From a virus (lineage: Duplodnaviria; Caudoviricetes): a stretch of 64,000 bases of DNA. Every line of letters begins with the position of its first letter. The stretch's first letter is position 1. The DNA lies in IMG/VR virus record IMGVR_UViG_3300033463_000042, positions 1 to 64,000 of that record; one strand, written 5' to 3'. Positions 1-8,741 of the stretch are shown in pieces. Under the pieces are notes generated by a model. It was given only the letters and a program-made list of their open reading frames with translations. It did no database searches and was not told the origin of the DNA. A program made the translations under genes and the position numbers.

Positions 1-707
1 ATCTTATCAGAGAGATTGTTCTCTTCGATAACTTCTTCATCTGTAGCCTTTGTAGAAGCTGCTTCCATATCAACGCCATCAGTGATGTCGTCTTCATCAT
101 TGAAGTAATCATCACCGGGTCTCTTTGAAGCAGCATTAGGATCAAATGTAGGTATTGTGTTTGAAGCTCTCAACTCTTCAACCTTTGCCTTCGCAGCAGG
201 CGTGTTTGGCATGTCAACAGCTCCAGTGTCGTAAGCATGGATTTCTCCACCCTCATCGTCATCATATATACCTATACATTTACCCTTGGGACCACCTGAC
301 AGATAGTTCATCTTATCAAGCTGAATACCATTGGAAACATTCTGAAGCTGGTAATCATTGATCTTGTCATCTATACGCTGAGAGATGTAATCCAGCACAC
401 TACCGATTGCCTGCATAATTACAGTTGTCTGTGCTGATGGATTTGGTATTGGTGGAGCAATGATTGTATCATTTTCAACTCTAACTGATTTAGCATTATC
501 ATTAGAAATGATACTTGTTGCGGGAATACCATACATAGCACCAACAGCTTCGAGAGCTGTAATCAGATCAGCTGATTCATTTATAGCCTGCTGAACTTTA
601 GCCTTGATAGCGTTTGTTTCACCAGCTACATTGGTAGCTCCACTATTAGAATTAGAGCTCTCCGGTGGTTTTATAGGTTCAACACTTTCGTGAATACTCT
701 TAAGCAT
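1..707 (-). CDS. Hypothetical (probably virion/internal head) protein, N-terminal part; runs off the window's left edge
   Basis: Not in the ORF track. ATG at 707 with GGAGGG RBS (715-720). Open frame MLKSIHESVEPIKPPESS...DGVDMEAASTK continues to the window edge. Confidence 0.75.
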   Translation of the reverse strand, partial: MLKSIHESVEPIKPPESSNSNSGATNVAGETNAIKAKVQQAINESADLITALEAVGAMYGIPATSIISNDNAKSVRVENDTIIAPPIPNPSAQTTVIMQAIGSVLDYISQRIDDKINDYQLQNVSNGIQLDKMNYLSGGPKGKCIGIYDDDEGGEIHAYDTGAVDMPNTPAAKAKVEELRASNTIPTFDPNAASKRPGDDYFNDEDDITDGVDMEAASTKATDEEVIEENNLSDK

Positions 708-721
708 ATATTATCCCTCCT

Positions 722-3259
722 TTATATTACATCAACTTCGTCAGAAAGGACACGTTTCATCGCATCTTCATAAGTTATTGGCTGAGAATTGGTCTTAGTG
801 GTTTCAGCAGATTCAGTTTTAACTTCCTGCTGTTGCTGACCCTCAGTATTGTTTGTTGTATTTGTTGTAGAAGCACCCTTCTGAGAAGAGTAATTGTTCT
901 TTACTGTATTCCACAGATTATATCTGTCCTTGATCCAAACTGTTGCAAGAGATACAACAATCTTCTTTGAGAGTTCTGTATAAGCTTGCTTGTAAGCTTC
1001 TGTCAATGTTTCTACCTTCTTCTTAGTAGCATCATTAACATTCTGCTCGTTGAGTTTTCCTTCAAGAAGTTTCTTGATTTCATCACCCTTAGAAGTGAAA
1101 GCTTTTGCACACTTATCAACTGTCTGTGGTGCACCTACGATGTCACCAATAACATCCTTCTCCCACATTTCTTTTGTGAGTTCGCCGTTGTAGTAACGAT
1201 CATTATCAGAAGGACCTGCAAAGAAGTAATGTTCAATACACTTGTCTGCTATAGCTTTCCAGTTGGGTTTACCATCAGGATTGTTCTCTGCAGTAACAAT
1301 GTTATCAGCGTCAGTATCTTTGATACCAAGCATCATAACAGCTGTCTTTGCAAAGTTAGATATAGGATCAGCACCCATCCATCTATTGACATGATCCTTG
1401 GCAACATCAAGACCACCTGTGAACTTCTCAACATTTATTGTGAACTTCTTGTAGTTCTTGAGATTTGCATGGAAGGAGCTTCCAAGAGCAGCACCAATCT
1501 CAGCATTGAGATCCTTATGCTTCTCAACTTCTTCCTTGTACTTACCAAGTTTCTCTACGGCAGAATTTGTCCACTTCTCAAATACACTCTTGAACCAGTT
1601 GATGATTGAGTTGAGAAGCTTCTTAAGCTTACCTGTATCAGCAGGTTTTATTTCTTTACCATTTCCATCGGTAAAAGAAACGCCGTTGTATTGATTCTCT
1701 TTAGCCTTGCTACCATCATCGGAACCCGTTGCATCGGCTTCTTGAATAAACTCACCGAGTTCCTCCATCATAAAAGACTCTTCTATGAAACCAGGTGCAC
1801 CAGCATTAGGCATATCATCTCTGAAGACGATTGTCTGAGTATTGTTATAATACAATCTCAACATGTTTCTTGTAAGAATCTCGCCGAACAGTACAAGGAT
1901 ATCCTTTGTGAGATCATAATTCTCAATTGGCTTACCCTCATTATATTCATGGATAATGCTCTTGATAGCACCAGCCACACTGAGAATATTATCAGCAAGC
2001 TCAGTATTGCTCTTGAGTTCTATACCACCATAGATCTTAAAGATCATGTCAAGAGAGTTTGTGATAGGATGAACATGGTTGTTGCCCAAAGCATCACGAC
2101 GATAATTTCCATCAAGGTAGTTATTACCGAATGCAATGTTATCCAGCCAATCGACCTTTGTGTTGAATCCAGCTACATCCTCGAGTGGATCACCACTTAC
2201 ACTTTCGCCGTCTTTCTTGAATACTTCATCAAGACAATGTTCATGACACTTGTTGACACCCATAAACATTCTTGCGATACCATAAGAATGAATCTCTCTG
2301 ATACCTTCCTTTGAAGCATACTTGTTTACGAGTATACTGATTGGAGAACGAGAATCTTTCAGGATGAAGTGTACAGCATCATGTGTATCCTTGAAGTCAG
2401 GTGTAACATCCTGAAGGATAACATCTCTCATGTTGCAGTTGAAAGGAATTCTGTTTCTGATCATGTAGTCATTAGTTTTGCACATGCAGCACTCAGTTAC
2501 TACATCTTCATCATCAGAATCTTCTTTCTTTTCCTTCTTGAACTTGTAATCAGTTGCAGGATTGCAGTAAGCATACATCTGAAGAACAGTGCATGTATTT
2601 ACAGTTACTGCAAACAGAAGGAAATCTTCAATTGCTTTGAAGATAGCTTTCATGGTAGCCATGGAATATACACATGAATCATTGATGATCTTAGGGAGTG
2701 CTTTAGCAAGCTTCTTTGCATTTGCAGCGAAATGCATCTCCTTTATATTCTTAAGATCTTCATTCATGAGTTTAATTCTCTGAACGATTTCACCCTTGCT
2801 ATAGACAGCGACAGGGCCCATATCGTTAGAGCAAATCATCTCAAGATCATTCATTGTCCATGCTTGTGGGTTAACATTGTCACGTGATTCACTACGAGTA
2901 GAATCATCGTCAAGTCTCTCACAACCATTTTCCTCAAAGAACTTCTGTACTGAAGCAACAATGAACATTTCAACATCATTCATGTTGTCTTTGAAGAAGT
3001 TTCCTTCTACAGCTCTAAGAAGATTGTCAACAAATGTAGAGATGTTCTTGGGGGTAATGTAACGGATATGATATACTGTTGAACATACACCATAGTCACA
3101 TTCTATTTTACCCGAACTCATTTTGTTCAGAGAATCAAGAGTATCTGAGAATGCTTTAACCAAAGCATCAAACTTCACGTCGAACATCTTTGAGAAGTTG
3201 TACTTGATCTCTGATGGTTTCTCTTCAATCGGAGAAATCTTTTTCTTGGATCTATTCAT
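722..3259 (-). CDS. Putative internal head/virion protein
   Basis: Long ORF; likely start MNRSKKK at 3259 after AAAGGAG. Carries FIQEA, FIEES and VKTES motifs and an amphipathic helix (KLKKLLNSIINWFKSVF) after the QE motif. Confidence 0.6.
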   Translation of the reverse strand: MNRSKKKISPIEEKPSEIKYNFSKMFDVKFDALVKAFSDTLDSLNKMSSGKIECDYGVCSTVYHIRYITPKNISTFVDNLLRAVEGNFFKDNMNDVEMFIVASVQKFFEENGCERLDDDSTRSESRDNVNPQAWTMNDLEMICSNDMGPVAVYSKGEIVQRIKLMNEDLKNIKEMHFAANAKKLAKALPKIINDSCVYSMATMKAIFKAIEDFLLFAVTVNTCTVLQMYAYCNPATDYKFKKEKKEDSDDEDVVTECCMCKTNDYMIRNRIPFNCNMRDVILQDVTPDFKDTHDAVHFILKDSRSPISILVNKYASKEGIREIHSYGIARMFMGVNKCHEHCLDEVFKKDGESVSGDPLEDVAGFNTKVDWLDNIAFGNNYLDGNYRRDALGNNHVHPITNSLDMIFKIYGGIELKSNTELADNILSVAGAIKSIIHEYNEGKPIENYDLTKDILVLFGEILTRNMLRLYYNNTQTIVFRDDMPNAGAPGFIEESFMMEELGEFIQEADATGSDDGSKAKENQYNGVSFTDGNGKEIKPADTGKLKKLLNSIINWFKSVFEKWTNSAVEKLGKYKEEVEKHKDLNAEIGAALGSSFHANLKNYKKFTINVEKFTGGLDVAKDHVNRWMGADPISNFAKTAVMMLGIKDTDADNIVTAENNPDGKPNWKAIADKCIEHYFFAGPSDNDRYYNGELTKEMWEKDVIGDIVGAPQTVDKCAKAFTSKGDEIKKLLEGKLNEQNVNDATKKKVETLTEAYKQAYTELSKKIVVSLATVWIKDRYNLWNTVKNNYSSQKGASTTNTTNNTEGQQQQEVKTESAETTKTNSQPITYEDAMKRVLSDEVDVI

Positions 3260-3402
3260 ATCAAAGCTCCTTTGCATAAATTTTTAGTCCCTAATGTTCG
3301 TAGGGAATTATCATTCCGTTTACGAACATACTATATATTGTTTGTCATTTTTCTATGCTACCCAGATTTGTATGCTACGGCTATTATTTTCAATCTCTAC
3401 AT

Positions 3403-3454
3403 ATATATTATTAATATGAATAAAGAGATAGATATATCTCTTCATAAACAATCA
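3403..3454 (+). promoter_or_regulatory. Putative early promoter/leader: ATATATTAT + hairpin + ATAAACAATCA
   Basis: Same architecture recurs on the minus strand at 31432-31482. The core resembles the phiKZ early-promoter consensus TATATTAC. Confidence 0.55.
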
Positions 3455-3489
3455 CTTTTTGACAGCCACCATGTGGCAAGGAGGAAATT

Positions 3490-3873
3490 ATGTTAAAGAT
3501 ATTCGACGAAAAGTTCACAAGTAACGACATCGGCATTCAGCGCTCAAGAACCCTTGAGGTGTTTGGAACTATGGGCGACGCAACAAAGGTTGGTTGCTCA
3601 TCATACACATGTGTTGATGACACAATCTCATATGTTGTAACACCAGAAAGAGCTGAGTTCACATACTCAGTTGACGGAAAGCTCATTATAAGAGCAAAGG
3701 CACTGTTCCTGGATAGAAGAATGGTTGTTTCAACAAATCCTTTCGAATTCGGAAGAAGAGCCAAGGATGTTGATATAGCAGTCATGATCGACAATATGGC
3801 ACGCGTTCTCGGACTTTCGGTACCATTCAAGAAATATGAGAACGATCATTTCGTAGAACACGTTGTCCTTTAA
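3490..3873 (+). CDS. Hypothetical protein (likely early gene)
   Basis: 127-aa ORF with AGGAGGA RBS, downstream of the putative early promoter. Confidence 0.75.
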   Translation: MLKIFDEKFTSNDIGIQRSRTLEVFGTMGDATKVGCSSYTCVDDTISYVVTPERAEFTYSVDGKLIIRAKALFLDRRMVVSTNPFEFGRRAKDVDIAVMIDNMARVLGLSVPFKKYENDHFVEHVVL

Positions 3874-3890
3874 GGGTAGGAGGTACTATT

Positions 3891-4010
3891 ATGACAAAGA
3901 AGGCAGAGAAAAAGGTTGCAGTAGCTATCATAGCTGCTTGCGCAACAACAACAATCGCAAAGATACTTGAGATAGAGCAGCGTATAAGATTTCGCAGGCT
4001 CTGTAAGTGA
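3891..4010 (+). CDS. Small basic hypothetical protein (39 aa)
   Basis: Below the ORF-track cutoff. AGGAGG RBS at 3878-3883; MTKKAEKKVAVAIIAACATTTIAKILEIEQRIRFRRLCK; followed by a terminator. Confidence 0.65.
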   Translation: MTKKAEKKVAVAIIAACATTTIAKILEIEQRIRFRRLCK

Positions 4011-4036
4011 AAGGATATCGATCTGCAAAAATATAA

Positions 4037-4068
4037 CGGGGTGCTTCGGCACCCCGAATTTATTTTTT
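4037..4068 (+). terminator. Intrinsic terminator
   Basis: CGGGGTGC-TTCG-GCACCCCG hairpin (cUUCGg loop) followed by a T-rich tract. Confidence 0.85.
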
Positions 4069-4084
4069 ATAAAGGAGGATTCTT

Positions 4085-4426
4085 ATGCAGATAGAAAAGA
4101 TAATAATGGCCAATGGGATTGTGATTGAGGGTATAGAAGGGACTCCTGCTGAAATAAAAGAATTATTAGGAAACGTGAATGAATCATCCAACATCAGAGT
4201 TGAAGTTCCCTATGCAACAAATCCTATAGCTTTCCGAAGAAAGAGACTTGGATTGACTCAGAAACAGTTAGCTGAGAAAGCGGGATTAACTATTCGCGGT
4301 GTTCAGAATTATGAGATAACAAATCGTCACCCAAAAGGTGAATATCTCGTAAGACTGGCTAATGCACTCCGGGTCAGTCCAAAGACATTATCCGATGAAT
4401 TAAATAAATTTGATATCCCCGTATAA
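4085..4426 (+). CDS. XRE-family helix-turn-helix DNA-binding protein
   Basis: IAFRRKRLGLTQKQLAEKAGLTIRGVQNYEITNRHPKGEYLVRLANAL is a classic HTH_3 pattern; AAGGAGG RBS. Confidence 0.9.
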   Translation: MQIEKIIMANGIVIEGIEGTPAEIKELLGNVNESSNIRVEVPYATNPIAFRRKRLGLTQKQLAEKAGLTIRGVQNYEITNRHPKGEYLVRLANALRVSPKTLSDELNKFDIPV

Positions 4427-4443
4427 CGGGGATATTTTTTTTT
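4413..4443 (+). terminator. Intrinsic terminator
   Basis: ATATCCCCGT-ATA-ACGGGGATAT followed by a T run. Confidence 0.85.
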
Positions 4444-4511
4444 GTTTTATTTTGATCCGGAACCGAAAGCTAATATATACTATTTAAAATATATAGAAAG
4501 GACTGATAAGT

Positions 4512-5258
4512 TTGCGCAATACAAGATGTCCGTTTTGTCCAAAGATCTTTAATGACAAACATAGATTCTGTAGGCATATTGCATATAAACACAATGACCA
4601 GGTACCTGAAGATTGTGATGATGCTTTAGAGTGGGCTTATTCATTATTGGTAGGAAAACCAACTGGTCGTCTATGTGTTCAATGTAAAAAGAATCCTGTA
4701 CATTTCAACAGAGAGACTCTCAAATATGAAAGGTACTGTTCTGATGCATGTAAAGCAGCTTATGCGGATAACTTCCATAACAAACGAATGGTTGATAAGT
4801 ATGGTAAACCTCATTTATTGAATGATGCAGAAATGCAACGCAAGATGATTCTTAATCATGCTCAAGCCAGAGATTATGTATGGGATGATCAACATAAGTT
4901 CAGAATCATTGGATCATATGAAGAAGACTTCTTACAACATCTGAAGTCATTGGACTGGTCTCCTAACGACGTGATTTGCCCGTCTCCTCATAATTATTAT
5001 TACAAGTGGGCTGATGGTTCAACACATCTCTACATTCCTGATTTTTACATTCCGTCTCTATCATTAGAAGTAGAAATCAAAGAGAGTGATAATACTCATC
5101 CTCGTATGGAACACTCCAGAGAGATTGAGCATCTGAAGGATAATCGTTTAGCATATGAGACTAAACAATCCGGAATTCATTATATCAAAATAGTCGATAA
5201 GAACTATGAAGACTTTGATGAAATTTATGTAAAATCAGATACAAATAAACCTGAATAA
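4512..5258 (+). CDS. Zn-finger + PD-(D/E)XK (TnsA-like) endonuclease-family protein
   Basis: C2H2 finger CPFC...H...H, second Cys cluster CVQC...YCSDAC, and catalytic-type YIPDFYIP...EVEIK motif. Confidence 0.7.
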   Translation: MRNTRCPFCPKIFNDKHRFCRHIAYKHNDQVPEDCDDALEWAYSLLVGKPTGRLCVQCKKNPVHFNRETLKYERYCSDACKAAYADNFHNKRMVDKYGKPHLLNDAEMQRKMILNHAQARDYVWDDQHKFRIIGSYEEDFLQHLKSLDWSPNDVICPSPHNYYYKWADGSTHLYIPDFYIPSLSLEVEIKESDNTHPRMEHSREIEHLKDNRLAYETKQSGIHYIKIVDKNYEDFDEIYVKSDTNKPE

Positions 5259-5272
5259 AGGAGGTGTAAATA

Positions 5273-6904
5273 ATGATGGATTTATCATTCGTTCAAGAAT
5301 GTGTAACTGAATCAGAAGAACAGGTTCGTGATTCACTTGATATGGCTTACATAAAACATCAGACCATAATGGAGTATGTTTTAAATTCACCTGATGATGA
5401 GTTCTCGGATGACTTGATGTGTTATCTCGAAGCTGCAAATCCCCAGGTTGGTTCTTCAAAAGAACTTTCAGTTTACTCTTTCCAGAATACTCATATAATT
5501 AGAGCTATCAAACATTTCAATCAAGCATTTGCCGAAATAGATTTCTCTAATTCTAATTATGAGGATTATAAAGTTGCTCAAGAAAGAGGAACTCGTGACG
5601 AGAGATTGAAGTATAAACAGCAATTCGTTTATCCAAAAGAGCTTATTGATGATATAACGAAAAAGTTCTCTAATCCCAATGGAGAATTCGTTAAAGGTTT
5701 TGATGAATTGAAAGACCAATTCGATTGTAAGTTCCAAATAAATCTCACGAAAAAGGGTGGTACAGGAACTTACATTTTGAGATTCCCTCCTGTTGATAAA
5801 ATCAATAAGATCACTGTATCAAAGACAAAGGGATTTCAACTCGATAAGTTGCCTGTATGGCTTGCGATAAATGTTAAACAAATACTTGACATAGTTCCTT
5901 TCAATAAGAAGCTATTTGGTCAGACATTTGTTGGTATAATCCTTCATGAGATATATCATAACATTGTGCATTGTCTTGATTTAAGAAACAGAAGACTCCA
6001 TACTGATATCAAAAAGACTTTCTCTAATAAAACAGGTGAGAATCAAAGTAAAGAAAGTCTCATGACAAAGATCAATGGATTCATATCTCGTTTCAAACAG
6101 TCATACAATGTCGGTGATGCTGATATGAATGAAAAGCGCACTGCGAATAGACTGTTTGTTTTAACCCAGATATCTGATAATGCAAACGCAATGCGTCAAT
6201 TCGAAAAGGATTTGAAAGATGCAAATGATGAGACCCAGGATATGAAAGAAATCGATGATTACATCAAACGACTGAAGTCTGTTAAAACAACCATATCTGT
6301 CAGCAGAGCAATGCACATAGCATCATGTGCATGTGTAATACTCTTATCTGGTATTGGATTTGTATTTGGTGTTACATCCGCTGCAATAGTTGGTACCATT
6401 GGTCTTGTTTGCATAGCATTATCGATGTTACTCAAAGCCGTGAGAACTTTGCTCGGTGTTTCTGTTGGTGTTAAGGAAGAATACTTCTGCGATTTGTTTG
6501 CAGCTATGTATAAACTTCCAATACATCTGACATCATACAATCGTCAGATAGCTCTGAATAAGAAATATGCATCTAAGATTACTGAAGCACATGGCTTATC
6601 TCAGGATATCTCAAAGAAAATCAAGGATCCTCATCCAACGACTTTCAATAGAGAACGTGTTTCATATCAAGTTGCAAAACAGATACTTGATTCCGGTCAA
6701 ACACTTGAACCTGAAATCAGAGATTACTTGCAATACATTGTAAATCTTCATGATGGTATTGAGAACATCGATGTTCCTTACAGTAAGACTCAGGCCAAGA
6801 AACTTGATCCCGAAGCTGCAAAGGATCTACAGCGAACACTGGATGAATTTGTTAAGAATACTGGTGTATCCGTAACAGAATCATTCGTTGAAGGTGGTGA
6901 ATAA
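5273..6904 (+). CDS. Putative virion zinc metallopeptidase (M48-like) with transmembrane hairpin
   Basis: HEIYH zinc motif, downstream EEYFCD (third-ligand-like Glu) and HPTT..R motif. Long hydrophobic segment. N-terminal leader with FVQE/VTES. Confidence 0.7.
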   Translation: MMDLSFVQECVTESEEQVRDSLDMAYIKHQTIMEYVLNSPDDEFSDDLMCYLEAANPQVGSSKELSVYSFQNTHIIRAIKHFNQAFAEIDFSNSNYEDYKVAQERGTRDERLKYKQQFVYPKELIDDITKKFSNPNGEFVKGFDELKDQFDCKFQINLTKKGGTGTYILRFPPVDKINKITVSKTKGFQLDKLPVWLAINVKQILDIVPFNKKLFGQTFVGIILHEIYHNIVHCLDLRNRRLHTDIKKTFSNKTGENQSKESLMTKINGFISRFKQSYNVGDADMNEKRTANRLFVLTQISDNANAMRQFEKDLKDANDETQDMKEIDDYIKRLKSVKTTISVSRAMHIASCACVILLSGIGFVFGVTSAAIVGTIGLVCIALSMLLKAVRTLLGVSVGVKEEYFCDLFAAMYKLPIHLTSYNRQIALNKKYASKITEAHGLSQDISKKIKDPHPTTFNRERVSYQVAKQILDSGQTLEPEIRDYLQYIVNLHDGIENIDVPYSKTQAKKLDPEAAKDLQRTLDEFVKNTGVSVTESFVEGGE

Positions 6905-6905
6905 T

Positions 6906-7385
6906 ATGGCATTGGATCCAGTAGGAATCACAATGGCTGAAGTAGGAAAGATGTATCCTGCAGATTTTCAGCCAATAGGTTATGACTTTGCATTTGGTAC
7001 TGACTCGATGGGTAGACCGAAAGTATTGTCATCATTCCAAATAGGTGTCAATGCCGTATTGACACTACTGTGCATGAAGCCTGGACAGTTTCCTTCCATA
7101 CCTGATCTCGGTATAGACATAGATTCATATTTACATGAATACTCTGATGATCCAAATATCCCAATTGAAATAAAAAATAAATTGGTAGAGCAATGTAATC
7201 GTTTAGATATAATTGGTCTAACAATTAATGTTACAATTGAACATATGCAGGATAACAAAGATGCTCTGCTGGTAGAAATTACTGGTACCGAGAGATTGAG
7301 TTATGGTAATGAAACAGACCATGTCATCATAGGTATCTCCTATGATAAACTCAATAGGCTTTATGTCAAGAAAGTAAACTTGTAA
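6906..7385 (+). CDS. Baseplate wedge protein, gp25/GPW-like
   Basis: AVLTLLCMKPGQFPSIPDLGIDI matches the gp25 'L.T..GER...PDFG' pattern; size fits. Confidence 0.65.
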   Translation: MALDPVGITMAEVGKMYPADFQPIGYDFAFGTDSMGRPKVLSSFQIGVNAVLTLLCMKPGQFPSIPDLGIDIDSYLHEYSDDPNIPIEIKNKLVEQCNRLDIIGLTINVTIEHMQDNKDALLVEITGTERLSYGNETDHVIIGISYDKLNRLYVKKVNL

Positions 7386-7399
7386 GGAGGGAAACATAA

Positions 7400-8143
7400 A
7401 TGGCTGACATCAATAAACGACAGATGGTTCAAGATACGGTTATAAAGACTTTGTCTCTTATGGATCCCACCTTAATCAATGCAAAGAAATATGAGAAGTT
7501 TTTTAATTCAATGAATGATGCTCAATTCGCAAAATGGATTAAAGACTTCTTGGCAGATGATAAGAGTAATATCCGTTTGGATATTGAAGAATTTGGTGAT
7601 GGTTCTCGTACGTTGAAATATGAAAACATCGAAAAGGCTGCAGACTATTTGGGTATTAAATTATTCGAATATGTTTACATCCCTCATGTTTCTTCCAACC
7701 CGAACCGACCCATAAGAACAAAGCAACCAGTATTGGTTGGCTATCTTAACGTCAAGCGTACTCAGCAGCTCGTTACTAAGAAAACGGGACTTGCTTTAAA
7801 CGATGATGATCGTGATGATATGACAGGTGCCGTAAAAGGTGATGCAAAGGGTGGTACCACAACTGGTATTGAGAATGAGCTTCTCGCAGGTGTTGGTGCA
7901 ACAGATATCTTATCTGAGATAACTGGTGCCCGTGCTGATAATGTAACTGAGTACGACAACATGCTACGTTCAATTGCAGAAACTGGTTCTGTTAAGTTGG
8001 CTGATATCAAGACCAATGCATATGACAAACCAACACTTCTCGCTGCTGATTTATATTTTGCTGCTATGGGATTAAAGACTGATCTCATATCAGAATCATA
8101 TTACTCGGTCGAGAATGTTAAGTCTGCATTTGAAGGTGATTAA
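7400..8143 (+). CDS. Putative split RNA polymerase beta subunit, C-terminal fragment
   Basis: PVLVGYLNVKRTQQLVTKK...GDAKGG...GIENELLAGVGATDILSEITGARADN parallels the RpoB C-terminus PVTVGYMY..KL.HLV.DK...GGQRFGEME..AL.AYGA...LQE....KSDD. Confidence 0.6.
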   Translation: MADINKRQMVQDTVIKTLSLMDPTLINAKKYEKFFNSMNDAQFAKWIKDFLADDKSNIRLDIEEFGDGSRTLKYENIEKAADYLGIKLFEYVYIPHVSSNPNRPIRTKQPVLVGYLNVKRTQQLVTKKTGLALNDDDRDDMTGAVKGDAKGGTTTGIENELLAGVGATDILSEITGARADNVTEYDNMLRSIAETGSVKLADIKTNAYDKPTLLAADLYFAAMGLKTDLISESYYSVENVKSAFEGD

Positions 8144-8166
8144 TTAAATGAAAAGGAGAATAAGTA

Positions 8167-8721
8167 ATGAAAGTAAATATTGCTGGTAAGGGTGTAATCC
8201 CTTTCGTAAACAAAGTTGCTCCGATATATAATATCGAAGTAAACGCAGAGATTCTCAAGAAGCTCGTAAAGAATCCTAAGTTCAAGATTTATGATGCTAA
8301 TGGATTCGGTCAGATAACTGCTGCTACATTTGCTCCTCCAGCACCTGTTGCTCCTGTTGAGGAACCCAAGGTTGAAGAGAAGCCTGTTGAAGCACCAAAG
8401 CCAAAGAAGGCTTCCAAGAAGGCTAAGAACATCGATGAAGTTCCTGGTGTTGTAAAGGAAATCGTTGTAGAAGAGAAAGCTCCTGTTGCTGTCGAAGAGC
8501 CTGTAGAGATCGAGCAGGTTGAAGAGCCTGTAGAGATGAATGAAGAAGTTGAAGCTCCTGCAATCGAAGTTCCTGTTGAGGAAGAAGAGCTTGAGATTCC
8601 TGTAGAGGATACAGACTTCGAGGAATTCCCTGCTGAAGAAGAAGCTGAGGAAGCTACAGAGGAAACAACTGAAGAAGCTCCTAAGACTACTTCAAAGAAA
8701 AAGAAGAAGAATCGTAAGTAA
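8167..8721 (+). CDS. Hypothetical protein with Glu/Pro-rich acidic tail and basic C-terminus
   Basis: 184-aa ORF with AAGGAG RBS; low-complexity EEP repeats. Confidence 0.75.
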   Translation: MKVNIAGKGVIPFVNKVAPIYNIEVNAEILKKLVKNPKFKIYDANGFGQITAATFAPPAPVAPVEEPKVEEKPVEAPKPKKASKKAKNIDEVPGVVKEIVVEEKAPVAVEEPVEIEQVEEPVEMNEEVEAPAIEVPVEEEELEIPVEDTDFEEFPAEEEAEEATEETTEEAPKTTSKKKKKNRK

Positions 8722-8741
8722 TACTGAAGGAGGAGTATCAT

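Noticed and set aside
4085-4426. XRE protein as evidence of a prophage/lysogeny module
   Set aside because: No integrase, att-like site or host genes in the window; a lone HTH gene is insufficient.
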